Shown here in pieces: positions 27,254 to 40,700 of a stretch of 64,000 bases of DNA. Location of the stretch: positions 264,430,001-264,494,000 of the forward strand of contig OZ024742.1 in the NCBI GenBank assembly GCA_964016885.1, written 5' to 3'. Position numbers and translations under genes: made by a program. Numbering within the stretch: the first letter of the stretch is position 1; each line of letters opens with the position of its first letter. The notes beneath the pieces were generated by a model. That model saw only the letters and a program-made list of their open reading frames with translations. It searched no databases and was not told where the DNA came from. This DNA is from Eledone cirrhosa (Eukaryota).

Positions 27254-27834
27254 TCTGAGGGGAGGCGGCAGAATTGATGGGTTTTTCGAGGCTAATAGTA
27301 TGGAGTCGCATAACTGCTATCGATTAGTCAACAGATAGATCATTTTTTGCTCTCTGAAAAGCTCGTAAAACAGTGGATTACTTAACTACTAAACCTTGTC
27401 TTATTTGTTCCCTTGTTCAACATTCTTTAATTTAACACACACGAACATTTACCATTCCCAAATCAAAAACCTCGCAGCTATCTCCTTTATCCAAACTACA
27501 CTTTATTCCAACTTTGTTTTGAAAAGTGGTGTCTGTGGTTACGCAAAAACCCAATTACTAGTGGTAAGATAGTGACCAAATTGTTGATATTGGATAGTCT
27601 TTTTCAATTGAAATGAGGAAGCAAAGTTTCCACTGAAACAATAGCTAAACTATACTGAGCTTTGGTACAAGTTCTTCTGGTATTTACGATTTGTTGGAAA
27701 ATAAAAATAAAGTTAATTTAGAAATCATTTGAAAGCATTTGTTCATGCATTTAATCTAACGATTGAATTGTTCCACTTGATATTTCTTGGTTTATTCTTA
27801 TGCTTTGATTCTTTGAAGCTAGTCATATATAGAA

Positions 27835-28300
27835 TATGGAGGGATGATATAATAGGAAAGGTGATTCATAGGCATTTATGCAAACTAAACAATTTATCAC
27901 ATTCTGAAAAGTGGTATGAGCATAAGCCAGAGTCGGTGATAGAAAACGATAAAGTGAAGGTACTATGGAATGTAACCTGCCCCTTTGACACAATAGTGCA
28001 AGAAAAGGAGAAGGAGAAAGTTAACTGATACCAGGATTTAAAGTGGGAGTTAAAAAATATTTTGGACTGTCATGAGATCAAGGTCGTCCCGATTGTCATA
28101 GGCGTACTAGGTACTATCTCAAAGATGTTCCAATGATAGTTAAAGAAGATTAGTCCTGCCCCATTATTTAGAACACTTCAAAAGGCATGCTTACTGGGAA
28201 CAGCAAGAACCCTCCGATACGTCCTAAATATCTGAGGCTGCAGGTAGAGGCTTGATGTTCATTTGAATAAACTTTCCAGTTAAATAACATCAATGACTGA
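27835..28300 (+). pseudogene. R4/Dong-clade non-LTR retrotransposon C-terminal remnant (restriction-like endonuclease)
   Basis: KWYEHKPESVIENDKVKVLW..TCPFD..KEKEKV..YQDLKWE..VVPIVIGVLG..LQKACLLGTARTLR. Confidence 0.85.
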
Positions 28301-28317
28301 GACTCAAAGAATGATTC

Positions 28318-28460
28318 CAGTGTATTACTGGTACTTTATTTTATCGACTCCGTAAGGATGAAAGGCAAAGTTAACCTCGGCGGGATTTGAACTCAGACCA
28401 TAAAGGGCCGTAACTCTTTGCTGCAAAGCATGGCGTCCGACCCTCTACCGACACTGCCAA
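28318..28460 (-). mobile_element. Nin-domain SINE copy
   Basis: Reverse complement of the 23306/24608 copies. Confidence 0.8.
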
Positions 28461-29559
28461 AATAATAATAATCGTTTCTTTATTAACCACTAAGGGTTTA
28501 CATAAAAAAAACATTATGACAGTACAATGATAATGATAATGAGAAGTGCTAATGAGCATGGCTCTATCAACATATAATGAAGAGATAGCGTTTCCTGATA
28601 TTAGAAATTAAATTTTGTAAAATATTTTGTAAAATATCTCATTAATGTAAAATGATTTCTCATAGGGAAAGAAAGGAAAAGGCAGACCCTATTTGGACCT
28701 AAGTGTAATGTGCTATTTAAAAGAAAAACAATAACTATACTAAGATTAACATTAAACGTAATTTTTAAATTTGATTCTCTCAAGCGTACTATGAGATCAT
28801 TTTTTAACAAATTTTTTGACGATTTATGTTGCGTAAGAGTAAGATCCAATTATCTTTTTGAAGAGCTACCAAGTAGAAGTTCTTTAAAGCAAACTCTCTA
28901 AAATATGAATTAGGATAATTTCGCACAATATAGTCTCATCATACGTTCCCGTGGGGACATTGAACAATTCAGATCTATTGAATTGCATGTATAATTAATT
29001 TAATATTAGATTCAGTCATAAGTACAATAGTTTTGGCGAAGGGAAAAGCTTTGTTAAACAGAGGTTTAATTATTCACGGATAATAATATCAATAATATCG
29101 AATTGGATAAATTTACAGTGTTTGTTGCTCATGCTATTAAATCATTATATTGTTGACATACTATTTTATACCACAAAGATAGGGTTATATTTTTTTAAAT
29201 TTTAAATAGAATTGAATTTAGGATGTGCTTTCTGACTATTCCTAATTCATATTTATGGGGTTGAATTAGTATTCATTTAGGGTTTTTAGAAATAGGACAT
29301 GTGTGCTATTTAAAAGATAAATAACGCGGGTTGTGCTAAATATTATACTCTGTGGCCTACATTGAAGTTACAGCTACTGGCTATATTTTTAGCTTCTATA
29401 TTAATAGAGTTGTATGTGTTGGCGCAAGGTTTTACAAATATTGATAATGCTATTGTACTTTTTTACTATAAAATAAAGAATTTTGTTTCTATCAGATAAT
29501 GCATCGATTTTTCGTTATCATAATGTACGAATCGACTAAGAAATCTCCCGTTGTATAAT

Positions 29560-30030
29560 ACAACCTTTCGTTTAATCGTACGAACCATGAAGACCTGGAA
29601 AGCCTTCCAAACATGCGCTTGAAGTCACGCAATCTATTCTGGGGATCACTGAAGACCCTTCAAGACAATAACTTTGATCTGAAGGAAGAGTAGCAAAAAT
29701 CATGGAATGCGTCCACCTTTGCCAACTAAGACCTCGTCCAGTACCCTACCAGCCGGTTTTGACCTTCTTAGGAAACAATGGGTGTCTCTTAATTAGGTCC
29801 GTACAACACATGTCAGATCAGCCCATCATCTCTATCGATAGATAATGAAAGACAGCCTAGGATATGACTACGGGGACCCTGACCAAACAGTGCTGCATGT
29901 TGTTCGGATTGCCTTCTCAGACGTTTTCTCGGTCGTCTGGAGGCCATAATACTACAAATGACGCCATAGTCTGGCTCAATAATCCCGATCTGTCTCTCTA
30001 ACTATTGTGCATATGTCATACAAGAAGAAG
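29560..30030 (+). pseudogene. Vingi/Ingi-like LINE 3' remnant
   Basis: RLKSRN..PAGFDLLRKQWVSLN..RT.H..DQTVLHVV..C motifs; ends CATACAAGAAGAAG. Confidence 0.65.
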
Positions 30031-30414
30031 ATCGTAAGAACCAATCTAAACTATAATAAAAGGTCTGCGGGATTGCGTACGGTTTATTTTTTTTATGCAG
30101 TTTGTAAAATAAGTTGGATTACTTTGAATAAATAATTAATGAATATTACATAATTTATCTACTCAATTTCGTAAACAAAAATAATTTCGTAAAAATAAAT
30201 AATTTCAAATTGACTTCTTTTCAAAGTTACACTTCCGGCATATCGTCGCCACCACCACCATTTCAACTACCATATATATAGAAAGAGAGAGTTTGTGATA
30301 TTATGATTTTCTACACCTGACGCGTATGATTGTGCATATACATACATCTATATGTATGAGTATATAACTATTATGCGTATATAACTATAATCGCGCAAAC
30401 ACAAACTTATAAAA

Positions 30415-30830
30415 ATGCACTCTCACGGACATAATTCACACAAATACACATACTTTCACACAAATATACATACATTCACACATACTTTCACACAAACATA
30501 CATACTTTCACACAAGTGTACATACATTCACACATATACTTTCACACAAACATTCACACATATACATTTACGCAAACACACACATACAGTCATGATAGCG
30601 TTCGGTTTAATTGGAAATGGGATGGTATACTTTCACACAAATATACATACATTCACACAAATATACATCCATTCACACAAACATACATACATTCACACAT
30701 ACTTTCACACAAACATACATACATTCACACAAATACATTTACACAAACATACATACATTCATACATATACATTTACATAAACACACACATACAGTCATGA
30801 TAGCGTTCGGTTTAATTGGAAATGGGAAGG
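30415..30830. repeat. Degenerate CACA/TACA minisatellite with ~200-bp tandem duplication
   Basis: CATACAGTCATGATAGCGTTCGGTTTAATTGGAAATGGGA occurs at ~30582 and ~30788. Confidence 0.8.
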
Positions 30831-31034
30831 TAAAACAAGTATAACGTTTTATTTATTTAACTCTTTATTTATTTATTAACTCTTTTTTTTAAAACTCATC
30901 TAAACTATAATAAAGTAAGGAGCGCGGGACTTCTTTAAAATTTCTGAAATGTCGGCACTTCCGGTTGGCCATCGCTTAAATAAACATACTAACTTTCTGT
31001 CACTAATTTTCTCCTAATGCAGTTTATATATATA

Positions 31035-31698
31035 ACTACCAGTGGTACCCGGCGTTGCACGGGATAAGGTATTTTGGAACGCGGACCGCCAACAGACCTA
31101 ATCGTGGAAAAACTGCATGCCTGGACAATATGTAAAGAAGATAAACCGAATACTCTGATGGCTGGATAATCTTTAAGATTTTCCTCGATGAAGCAGGAAA
31201 AATGCAGGTTTTCACCTAATGCGGGCCATAGGGGATCAAGAAAATGAATTTTTTTATGTGCATAATATGCCTTGAAATTTCGGGAAAATCGGCTAGACGT
31301 AACGCCTCAAAAAAGCCCTAAAAAGCTGAAAAAATGAAGTTTTTCACCTAATGCGGGGTCTAGGCCATAAAAAAGTTGGATTTTCTTTGCTGACGGTATG
31401 AAAAAGAGACTGACTAATACATAGTTACAATTTCAACGAAATCGGTCTGAGGTAACGACTCAAAAACCTCTAAAAAGCTGAAAAAACGCAGTTTTTCACC
31501 TAATGCGGGCCCTAGAGGATCAAAGAGTTGAATTTTTTTAAAGTGCATAACACTCCCTGAAACATAAGTAATAATTATGTAAAGTTTGAAAAAAATCGGT
31601 TGGGTACTTCTCGGGTTTCACACACACACACGCACGCACGCACGCACGCACGCACGCACACTTCCTTCATTCCTTCCTTCCTTAGTTTTGTATAGATA
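31035..31698 (-). mobile_element. Non-autonomous Helitron
   Basis: 5' TC(TATAC).., 3' CCCG-TGCAACGC-CGGG hairpin then ..GGTAG; three internal ~130-150 bp repeats (TTTTCACCTAATGCGGG). Confidence 0.65.
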
Positions 31699-31725
31699 CA
31701 TATATAGACTAAAATAACAGATTAA

Positions 31726-31776
31726 GGTTTAAGCAAAGAATCGTTGCTTTCACCCTTAACGGGATCTTCTGAAACT
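31726..31776 (-). ncRNA. Variant hammerhead (CAGAAGA core) in solo PLE 3' fragment 31710-31915
   Basis: Same fold as 48139-48189, with stem III GCAA/TTGC (G-U changed to A-U). Confidence 0.55.
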
Positions 31777-32356
31777 GAAAACATCAATCTGTGAACGCAG
31801 AAGTAAATATTTCGAAAAACGTTGCAACGGAAGGAAAATAGGAAGTCGATACTTTGGTTCGTGAAGACGTTCCCTGGCAATGAACGGAAAATAGCGAACA
31901 TAATACGTCATCAATGTTGGTCAGAATGTCATAATCCAAACAGCCAGGCATACAGACAGATATAATAAGAGCGCTACGCAGATGGAAAACCGGCGCCTAA
32001 CACCCCTTTAACAACAGAAAATTGAAAAATAAAAGCTGCAGTTAATATCTTTAGACGGCAAGGAATATATAAATGCAAGTTTGAAGTCAATTGGAGTAGA
32101 AATGTGGATTTGTATAGACTTTGCAAAAATGAGGACACACACTCATACAACAACTGTTATATATATATATATAGAGAGAGAGAGATATCGTCTTTTTTAA
32201 TGTATCATGGATTACGTTACTGATTAAATAAGACAATGTAACGTAGTCTTCGTTCAATTTCTAAATATTATATATTGTCAATTACGATTTTATTTGATGT
32301 ATCATATCTCCATGTATATATACCTGCGTATCATATCAATATTCACACTACACACG

Positions 32357-32395
32357 CTAGCAGAAAACCACCCGAAAGGTGGTTTTTCTGCTAGT
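32357..32395. other. Near-perfect hairpin ending in CTAGT (probable Helitron 3' end)
   Basis: CTAGCAGAAAA-CCACC-CGAAA-GGTGG-TTTTTCTGCTAG-T. Confidence 0.5.
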
Positions 32396-33059
32396 ATTAC
32401 TAAAGAATTCGTAAATACTTACTTTGTAATTATTTACTTTCCAACGGTTAACTTCGACATTTCTCGACAATCGAATCTTTCATTGCCGTCTCATTAATTC
32501 CATCTTCGGCTCTTTACAGTGAACAATTCAAATATAATCTTTTGTCTTCTTGCGTTATTTTCCTATTATGGTTTGGCGATATCTTTCACACATATATTGC
32601 TTTATATTTCATTAGAAAAAATATTTTTCCTTTTATTTGTGCTCCCAAATATTCTTTTAATTTCAATTGACTTTCGTTGCTCGTTTATCTATATATACGT
32701 TTCATACTACTTATTAATGAATGTCTTTTACAACTTGATATATATTATTTTCAATATACATATTTATTCTGATTCTTGTCTTCTTCTTTCGTTCTACTTT
32801 TTTCTTTTTTTCTCATCTCTAACCTGCGAATCATATATATATATTTTAGGTCTTTTAAGCATTTTCATGTGTGTATTTTTTGAATGACTAATATAACACT
32901 GTCACGCTATAATTTTTTTAGTTTCAACACATAGTCGCCGATCAGATATTTTGCCGAATAAAAACAATGTCGAAATTTCTGATGTTCCAATTCTCATAAT
33001 CGTCCGAATATCAAAAACAAGAAGTTGAGAATAAAGATTTGTAAATCTTCTAATAACGC

Positions 33060-33622
33060 ACATACATACATACATGGTGGCTGCCAACTCGTTTTCGAGT
33101 ACGGCCACTACTTTATATCCATGCGCTGAACGAGTGTGACTTTTTAGTCCAGCCAGCGACTTGAAAACTCTGGTACAAACACTACACTTGTGACAATTAT
33201 TGACACATAGTGCTGGACCCATGGTACCATGTGACGACAAGTGCAGAGAGATCTCCAGATATAAAGCAATGCCTGTGCCGTGAAGCTTTTATAGTGAGCA
33301 AAGGCACTGCACAAAGTCAGACCCACTCTCTTAACCAAGATAATATTTACCAAAAAGAAGAACAAGTCAACATCATTGGATACCATCAGAGTTGCAGGTG
33401 TTATATCAGAGTTTTCCTTCTCCTAGAATTCTGCCTTGACAAAGGCTAAGGGGTCATCTCTCCCGGTGATTTTGGATGGCCATTGACTCTTAAGAGCTCC
33501 TTTGCCCTTTGACAGGTTTTGTTTTTAGTCCTGCAGGATGTCCAAAGTCACCCTCCTCACCAAGAAACCTTGGTGGGGTTGCCAGTTTAGTCGCCAACGA
33601 CCCGACCATGAGACAGGTTGTA
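33060..33622 (-). mobile_element. Non-autonomous RTE-derived retroposon, longer copy
   Basis: Reverse complement of 26630-27145 with ~60 extra 5' nt; (TACA)n on both sides. Confidence 0.65.
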
Positions 33623-35596
33623 CATACATACATACATACATACATATATAAACATAAAATTAACGAATAAGATTTAGCTTCCTGTAACGCATGCGCTGTG
33701 GTATGGGAAAATAATTAAAACCGGGCAGAAATCCAGGTAACAACTTATGTACAGACTCAGCCTCACGTCATTTTCCACCGTTTTCTACTGACTAATTATT
33801 GATGGCATGGATTCTTTTTGAGTGGTCATCTATGGAAATATTTTGTTAGGGATCCATTTGCTTTTATACCAAGTGTTACAACTGACATACAGTACTAGCA
33901 ATAAGACCAATGGAAACATTATTTCCTTGGTACAATCTGACGATTAGTTCCTTCAGTCAGTTATTAATTTTCATTTGCTTTGTTCTGACCTGCCAATCAT
34001 CATTAATAGTGGTGTTTTTTTCATAATTATGCCTTCAGTATTGTTGTTTTCAACATACTAAAAATCTCACATATTGGTATCAAATAATTATCTATCGCAG
34101 TTTGCTTTGCTCACGTTTATATGGACAAAAGAGAAAAAATAGTTAGTTTTCCTTCATTCCCTTTCCCCCAACCTCAGTTCAATTTTTTTTACTACTCACT
34201 AAATTTCCACATTTAACAATTATATAGGTATATAGAGATTTCCATCGTTAAAAAAATCGATTAGTTAATAGTTGTTTTGTTTTATAGCATATCTTCCATT
34301 GATCGTTTTCAACATACTTATAAATTGCTGATCCCCACATAGAAACTGAGAATAGAGGTCATAACATTTTTATAAACAAACAAGATAGATTTCTTTATTT
34401 CCGTTTCTGTGCTTCAATAAAACTAGGAATAAACTATGTATGAAGCTACAATTGTTAAAATTAAATCTTTACCTCAATTATTTATCACAAATAAACTTTC
34501 GCTTTATTTATTTTCATTGAAATTAGATTTTTCTTTTCTTTTTGTTTTCTCAAAAAATTATTATCATTATAAGGTTTACACCTACAGTACCTTCTTATAC
34601 AATATACACACTTCCTTGTCAGTTTTACATGTATTGAAAGTAGTTCCACTTTCTGAAAATTAAAATGTCATTCTTTCAGTTTTAATTTATTAATGATAGT
34701 GTAATTGATAAGCAAAAGAAAATGTAATTCTTATAAACTTGCAAAGATTACCAAATATATCTAAACCGAATGAATATCTGGCTATTGATATCTACTTATC
34801 ATTCGCATTTCAAATGAATGAAATATAATTCATTAGTATTTTGAAAAATGAAATGTTTTTTTTTTCACTTTCTGAGAATCTAAAATGCTTTGGATTATGT
34901 TTCAATTTAAGAATGAAAATATTTATTTCAAATGCAAACGAAATAGACTTACACAGTTTTATATTGAAAAATCCACTGCAGTTTTATTTCCGTTAACCAT
35001 TATTAGTTTTTGAAAGAAAAAAAAACACGTTTCTTTTAAGATTTCCTAAAAATGTTTGCAGTTTCTCCAACTATGCTCAATGAAAGTAATTCAGTTGCAA
35101 TTCAACAATAACAAATAACATTTATTCAATGGGAGTATGTCAAATACAGGCAAGAAACATCAAATTAACGAGTTTTCACTGTGCAAAGATTGGAAGTACA
35201 TGACGAAAAAAACACGCTTCTGCAAGAGAAAGTGGAAATGCAGATACAACACAGAGACGGAGAAAACAGAGAAGAATACCATTTCAAGATCGACATTCAT
35301 ACATACAAAACAAGCGTCTCCAGAAACTTCCCAAGATCAGACATTTGACGATTTCAAAGAAGTTGGAATTGAACTAAACTAAGATGTAGGGAAAATGATT
35401 TAAATGTAGTGCATGTGATTGAAGGAATGTTTCAGTATAAACTATCAGAGAAATCATCCCTTCAATTCGTGTTGTGGTAATAGACAGGTGCTACAACAAG
35501 CACCTGGGCTTAAAGTACTGTTAAATTCGATTACTGATAAAGGTGTCCAATATTAAGATATACACCCGAGATGCGCTGCAATTTCCATTGCTATTT

Positions 35597-35632
<36 letters not shown>

Positions 35633-35638
<6 letters not shown>

Positions 35639-36080
35639 TTACTTGGGGAGGGTCATATTGTTGTAATAATATTGCCAGAAATAATAACAGAACACACTCA
35701 CTGTTTGGTTGGTTTTCGCTTCTTTATCTTTTATATATGCACAGTTAATTCATTTGGTCCTCAATGTATATCATTGACTGACCAACGGTCAAAAATACAG
35801 ATATAAATACATATATATAGTCTAACAAAGTTCTTTCGTTGCACCACTGATGATGTTGCAGATGTGCAACGAAAGAACTTTGTTAGACATATATATTATA
35901 TGTGTTTATATGTGTATTTTTTACCGTTGGTCAGTCAATGATAAACATTGAGGACCAAATGAATTAACTGTGGACATATAAAAGATACAGAAGCGAAAAC
36001 CAACCAAACAGTGAGTGTGTTCTGTTATTATTTCTGGCAATATTATTACAACAATATGACCCTCCCCAAGTATAACAATA
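35633..36080. mobile_element. ~450-bp palindromic element centred on a hammerhead-like core
   Basis: Arms 35633-35844 / 35864-36080 are inverted; centre CTGATGA-T-GTTGCA GATG TGCAAC-GAAA. Confidence 0.75.
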
Positions 36081-36127
36081 TTTGTTTCGACACACGATTT
36101 CATATCAAAAACCTCGCAAAACATATA

Positions 36128-36209
<82 letters not shown>

Positions 36210-36229
36210 ATAAAAATATATAATACAAC

Positions 36230-37470
36230 GGTTCTTTCTTGTATTTATATCTCAGATTTGTTGTCAGTGAATGGTCACCGTTTCCTTAGACTATTGTTAG
36301 TTATTCTGATGTAATTTGGTCCACATCATGTTAGATGAGATTATCAGATGAAAATGTGATACTGTTTTTCTTTAAATTCATAAGTTGTCATCTTCGAATC
36401 TGAATTCCGGGCCTTCCAGCATATATTCACATATATCGCAAATAGGTCTTCCAGATTTTCTTACTCCTGGATTAGGAATCGGTTTGTGAATATTTGTTAT
36501 TGTGAATACTTTGTTTGTATTTTTTTTTTTTGTGTGCGTGTGGGGAGTATCGTTTGCTCTTGGTTGATTCTCCATTTTTCCTTTTGTAATCATTGTACAA
36601 AATTTGAAGGTTCCTATGAATAGGATTATACATTTCAATATTCCTCGGATTATATGTTGATTCTGAGTATCTTTTACTGACCGTAAATCTTCAATTTTTA
36701 TGCTCCCCACTCTTTCTATTCCAGTTTTCACTAAACTGTAGGAACATTTTCGGGGGATTAAAATATTGTGTAATTCTACGAGCTTTTGTCGGATTGGAAA
36801 AAAATGTGCACATTCTTTTCCGACAAAATAAGAGAAATATGTGTTCATGTATGTTTAGGATGGCAGGATGTGAATAGAAAATATTGTTTTCAGTTTGTGG
36901 CTTTATAGTAGATATTGCATTCAATCCGTCCTATTTTCTTGATAAAAATATCTAAAATATCCCGCGCTAAATTCCATCGTAAATTGAATATTGATATTTA
37001 TGATGTTTGTAATATTTTAAATTCTAGTTCATCTACCGTTTCACTCAATAAGGGAAACATTCATCAAGACATTGTTTCCAATTTTGTTTTAGGTATGAGG
37101 AAAAGTTAACTTCAAACTATTTTAGTGAGTTCTCATAAATTTTCATTTCGTGGTAACTAGATTTACATATGTTAGAGCTACTTTGGTACCTATGGATGTG
37201 TCCGATATTTGACAGTATTTAAGTTTAAGGGACATAAAAGAATTGTTCTGTAGAATAAATTTGAGACCTTCGATAATGAACTTTGTTTTATACGGTACAG
37301 TAATTCAAATCGTTACGTGTTGCGCCAATATTGAAAAATACTATTCCATAATTGTATGGGATATCAGTGTATAAATTAAACATATCGAACGAAACAATGA
37401 TTGTTGTCACGGTCTACTCTTTCTGGTAAATGATTGAGCAAATAAATCTACGCGAATAAAGTGTGGTACT
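36230..37470 (-). pseudogene. Neptune-type PLE RT-endonuclease remnant
   Basis: VSFDMFNLYTDIPY, YCQISDTSIGTKVA, YSHPA, GRPICDICEY linker motifs; heavily frameshifted. Confidence 0.75.
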
Positions 37471-37485
37471 TCGCTTCCACTTGTT

Positions 37486-37519
<34 letters not shown>

Positions 37520-37647
37520 AAAGTTTTATTTAAAATTGTTGGGTTACAACGAGTAAATATTTTATAACTGATATAAAAGCACTCAACAGTTTTTGGAGTA
37601 GGTTTACGATATTAAACAAATGGAAACTATATTTATAAAACCATATT

Positions 37648-37713
37648 TATTTCGTTATATATATTTCTGGGATATCATATTAAAAATATGGTATGCCTTC
37701 CTCAGACAAAATA
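37648..37713 (-). ncRNA. Type-I hammerhead ribozyme
   Basis: TATTTTGT-CTGAGGA-AGGCATACCATAT..ATATGATATCCCA-GAAA-TATATA-TA^ACGAAATA; stem I GT/AC is compensatory versus AT/AT in related copies. Confidence 0.75.
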
Positions 37714-40700
37714 CAATATATAAGCTGTTTTATAAATAATTTTGACATACCTTAGAATAATGCAACTTACATTTAAAAAGTTGATTTGGTAGTGAAACTG
37801 TTAAGGACAGTTATAGAGAAAGAAAGACGAAGAAAAACGAAGATAAAAAGAAGAAGATGAAGAGATGTATGTAAAGAAAAACAACAGAGCGAGATAGAGA
37901 GAGAAGGAGATATGGGAGAGAGAAATATATTGAGGAAGTGAAAAAATGGTAGGCAGCTTGGGGACAGATGATCAGCGTACAAGTGAGAGGTTAAGGAGGG
38001 AAGGGATACAGTTAAAACAGCCGACACATAAATCCCGTCCAGTGTAGAGGAGAAAAAGAAAGAAAGATGATATATTTAAAATATATTATGTCTCATCCAT
38101 TTGAATTATCAATTTTTATGAATTAGGTATTATAATGTAAATATCAATATTCATGAATGAGACACATATCGATAATGTGTGAAAAAAATGACCCCATGCT
38201 TAGTTTAAAAATTCTTAGGTCTATAAGCAAAATCTGAGACAAAACTTCAAAAATACATAAGTATATATGCATTCTCATGAAAAAAGAGAAAAGAGAAGGT
38301 TATCTCAAATTCAAGTTGACAATTATAGACACACATGTGAACTTACGTGATATGCTCCGCAAATTCTTACTTTTCATGAAAATTGCGTTACAAAAGATTC
38401 CACCATACATATATGTACATACATATATATATATAGACATAAAATATACATTAATATTAATAGTAATATTTCTGCCCTCACTTACATGATTATCGTTCAA
38501 GCATAGAATAGACAACAGATATCAATATATTAAAAATTAAAAACGCCAAGAATATCTTCGTCACTCCTCAGAGTATCTAGGGACGTAAGAGAACATAGTA
38601 TGCCACGCATATCAATCACATAAAACCACCCTTCCAATTTATTTGACAATATGTTGTCAAGTTCATTAGAAGCAATCAGAATCAAAAGCAAACAAAAACC
38701 AAAATTGTTCAACAAAACTTATTTAGCAGAAATCATTCAAAAACTTATTCTACAAATGCTTTTATATTTATTATAGAAGTTTATCTAGCTTAAAAATTTA
38801 TTCAAAAGATTGGGAACATCGTCAATTTTAGGGTAGTTTAATTAATCTCATTAATTATATATTCATGCAGAAAGGTTTTAAAAATTGAAGGAATCGAAAG
38901 ATTTATCGCCAAGTTTCATAAATAATTAAATATCTTAAGTAAATATACTACATGTTATACTACATTTTAAATTTATATTTATATTTAAAAGTTGAGTTCA
39001 ATCTATGTCTGCAGCAGCTGAATAAATTGGTCCGTAAATTAAGGGAATTTTTAGATTTTAGTATAAAGAATATCTCCTCCGCGCAGAGGTCACATGTCTC
39101 AGAAGAGGAATTAAAAGGTATCCCTTTTGAGACTATATTCCAAACCATCGAATATCCAACTTTATCATGTTTAAGTTGCTAGAGTAAGCCTGATAGTGAT
39201 GTTGAAGATTTTTTATTTGGATCCGTGAAAGAATTCTTGTGATTATTATAGCGAAGTTTAAATTCTGTCGAGGTGGAACCAACATAATTAAAAGAATTTA
39301 AGTCAGTTTTAACATTACAGTTGTATATTATATTTTTAACTAAGCAATTGTTATTTAGCGGACATTTCGATCTATCTCTACAGTTACAATTGTTTACTTG
39401 AATATTGTTTAGGCTATTTTCGGTATTTTGGCTAGGTTTTAGATTCCTATTATTTATTCTATTAATATTTTGTGCTAAATTTTTGGTGGACGAGTATGTT
39501 AATTTTATAGTATGTCTATTGAAAATTGAGTGATACTTATGCGTTCTAGGGAAGCGTTTGTCAAGAGCATTAGAAAATAGTTTAGCGATGTGGGTTTTAA
39601 TGTTTAGTGAGAAGGGGGGCAAACCATATTATATTTCTAGTTCTATTTCTTTTCTGGTTTGTGGAATTATTGTAATGCTTTCTATTATAGTTGTTAAAGT
39701 TGTTACTGTAATTAAAATTGTTGTTATTTTGGTTAGTTTGTCTATTATCGATGTACATAATTTTATCACTATATCCTGCTCTAGCTAACGCTTCATTATA
39801 ATACTGGGCTTTTTCGTCAAAAATATTTTTATTGGAAGAGATTCTAGAGATACGTTTTTGAACAGAGTTCACTATAGTATTTTTGACAGATCTGGGGTGA
39901 TTGGAGCTAAAATTGACATAATTTAAGTTTTCATTTAACTTGTGAAATGGATAGTGAAGACATGTGTTGAGATTTAATGTTACGTCTAGGAAATTAACTA
40001 TTCTATGGTTATTCTCAATTTCTATTTTTAGATTAAGGTAATTAAAAAATTGTATAATTTGTTTTCTTTTTCTATTTAGTTGAGAGTTATTATTTTCAAT
40101 AAGTAAAAGCATGTCATCTCTATATAAACCTCCGGTAACACCGGGTATTTTCCTATGCAGCGAATTAATTATAAATAGGCCCACAAGGTCCGTTACCTGA
40201 GCTGAGTCTGATGATCCCATAGTAATGTCGAAATTATTATCTCTATCTGCCCTAGTCCATAGTTGGTTATTAAATTCTATCAATGTTTTCTTTGCCGATA
40301 ATATAATGTGCATTTCATTGCTAGTTAGGTCTGTATGTTTGAATGCGTAATTTAGTGCCTTATTTAGTAGATTAGGGGTAATGGATGAATAGTAGTTAGC
40401 AATATCTAGTTGAATAAATTTATTATTATTGTTATATTTAATTTCATTAAACCACTCAATGACCTCCCCAGTTCCCTTCCACAAGGTCAAGCCAGGTAAA
40501 CAATTCAAGTCCTTTATTTGCTGTATCACCCTGTCTAGAATGTTCTTGCTAAGTTTACCCAGGTCAGATTTTGATGGTGCAATCAACCTGACTGGCAAGT
40601 CATTTTCAAAATTTCTCTTGTGTTCTTTCATATTGATCTTGGGTTTCCTGGGCACGAAAGGTTGTGTTTTGTTCTCAATTTCCAACTCATGCATTATACA

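Noticed and set aside
33790-33920. Minus-strand 42-codon ORF MFPLVLLLVLYVSC.. resembling a signal peptide
   Set aside because: Too short, with no downstream exon support; compatible with chance.
35040-35390. Purine-rich, coding-looking stretch (81-aa ORF and an alternative frame)
   Set aside because: No recognisable domain or convincing splice sites; a host exon cannot be excluded without RNA-seq.
39179-39181. In-frame stop in the PLE endonuclease as possible recoding
   Set aside because: It is a TAG at a conserved Trp (TGG) in a copy that is also frameshifted, i.e. ordinary decay.
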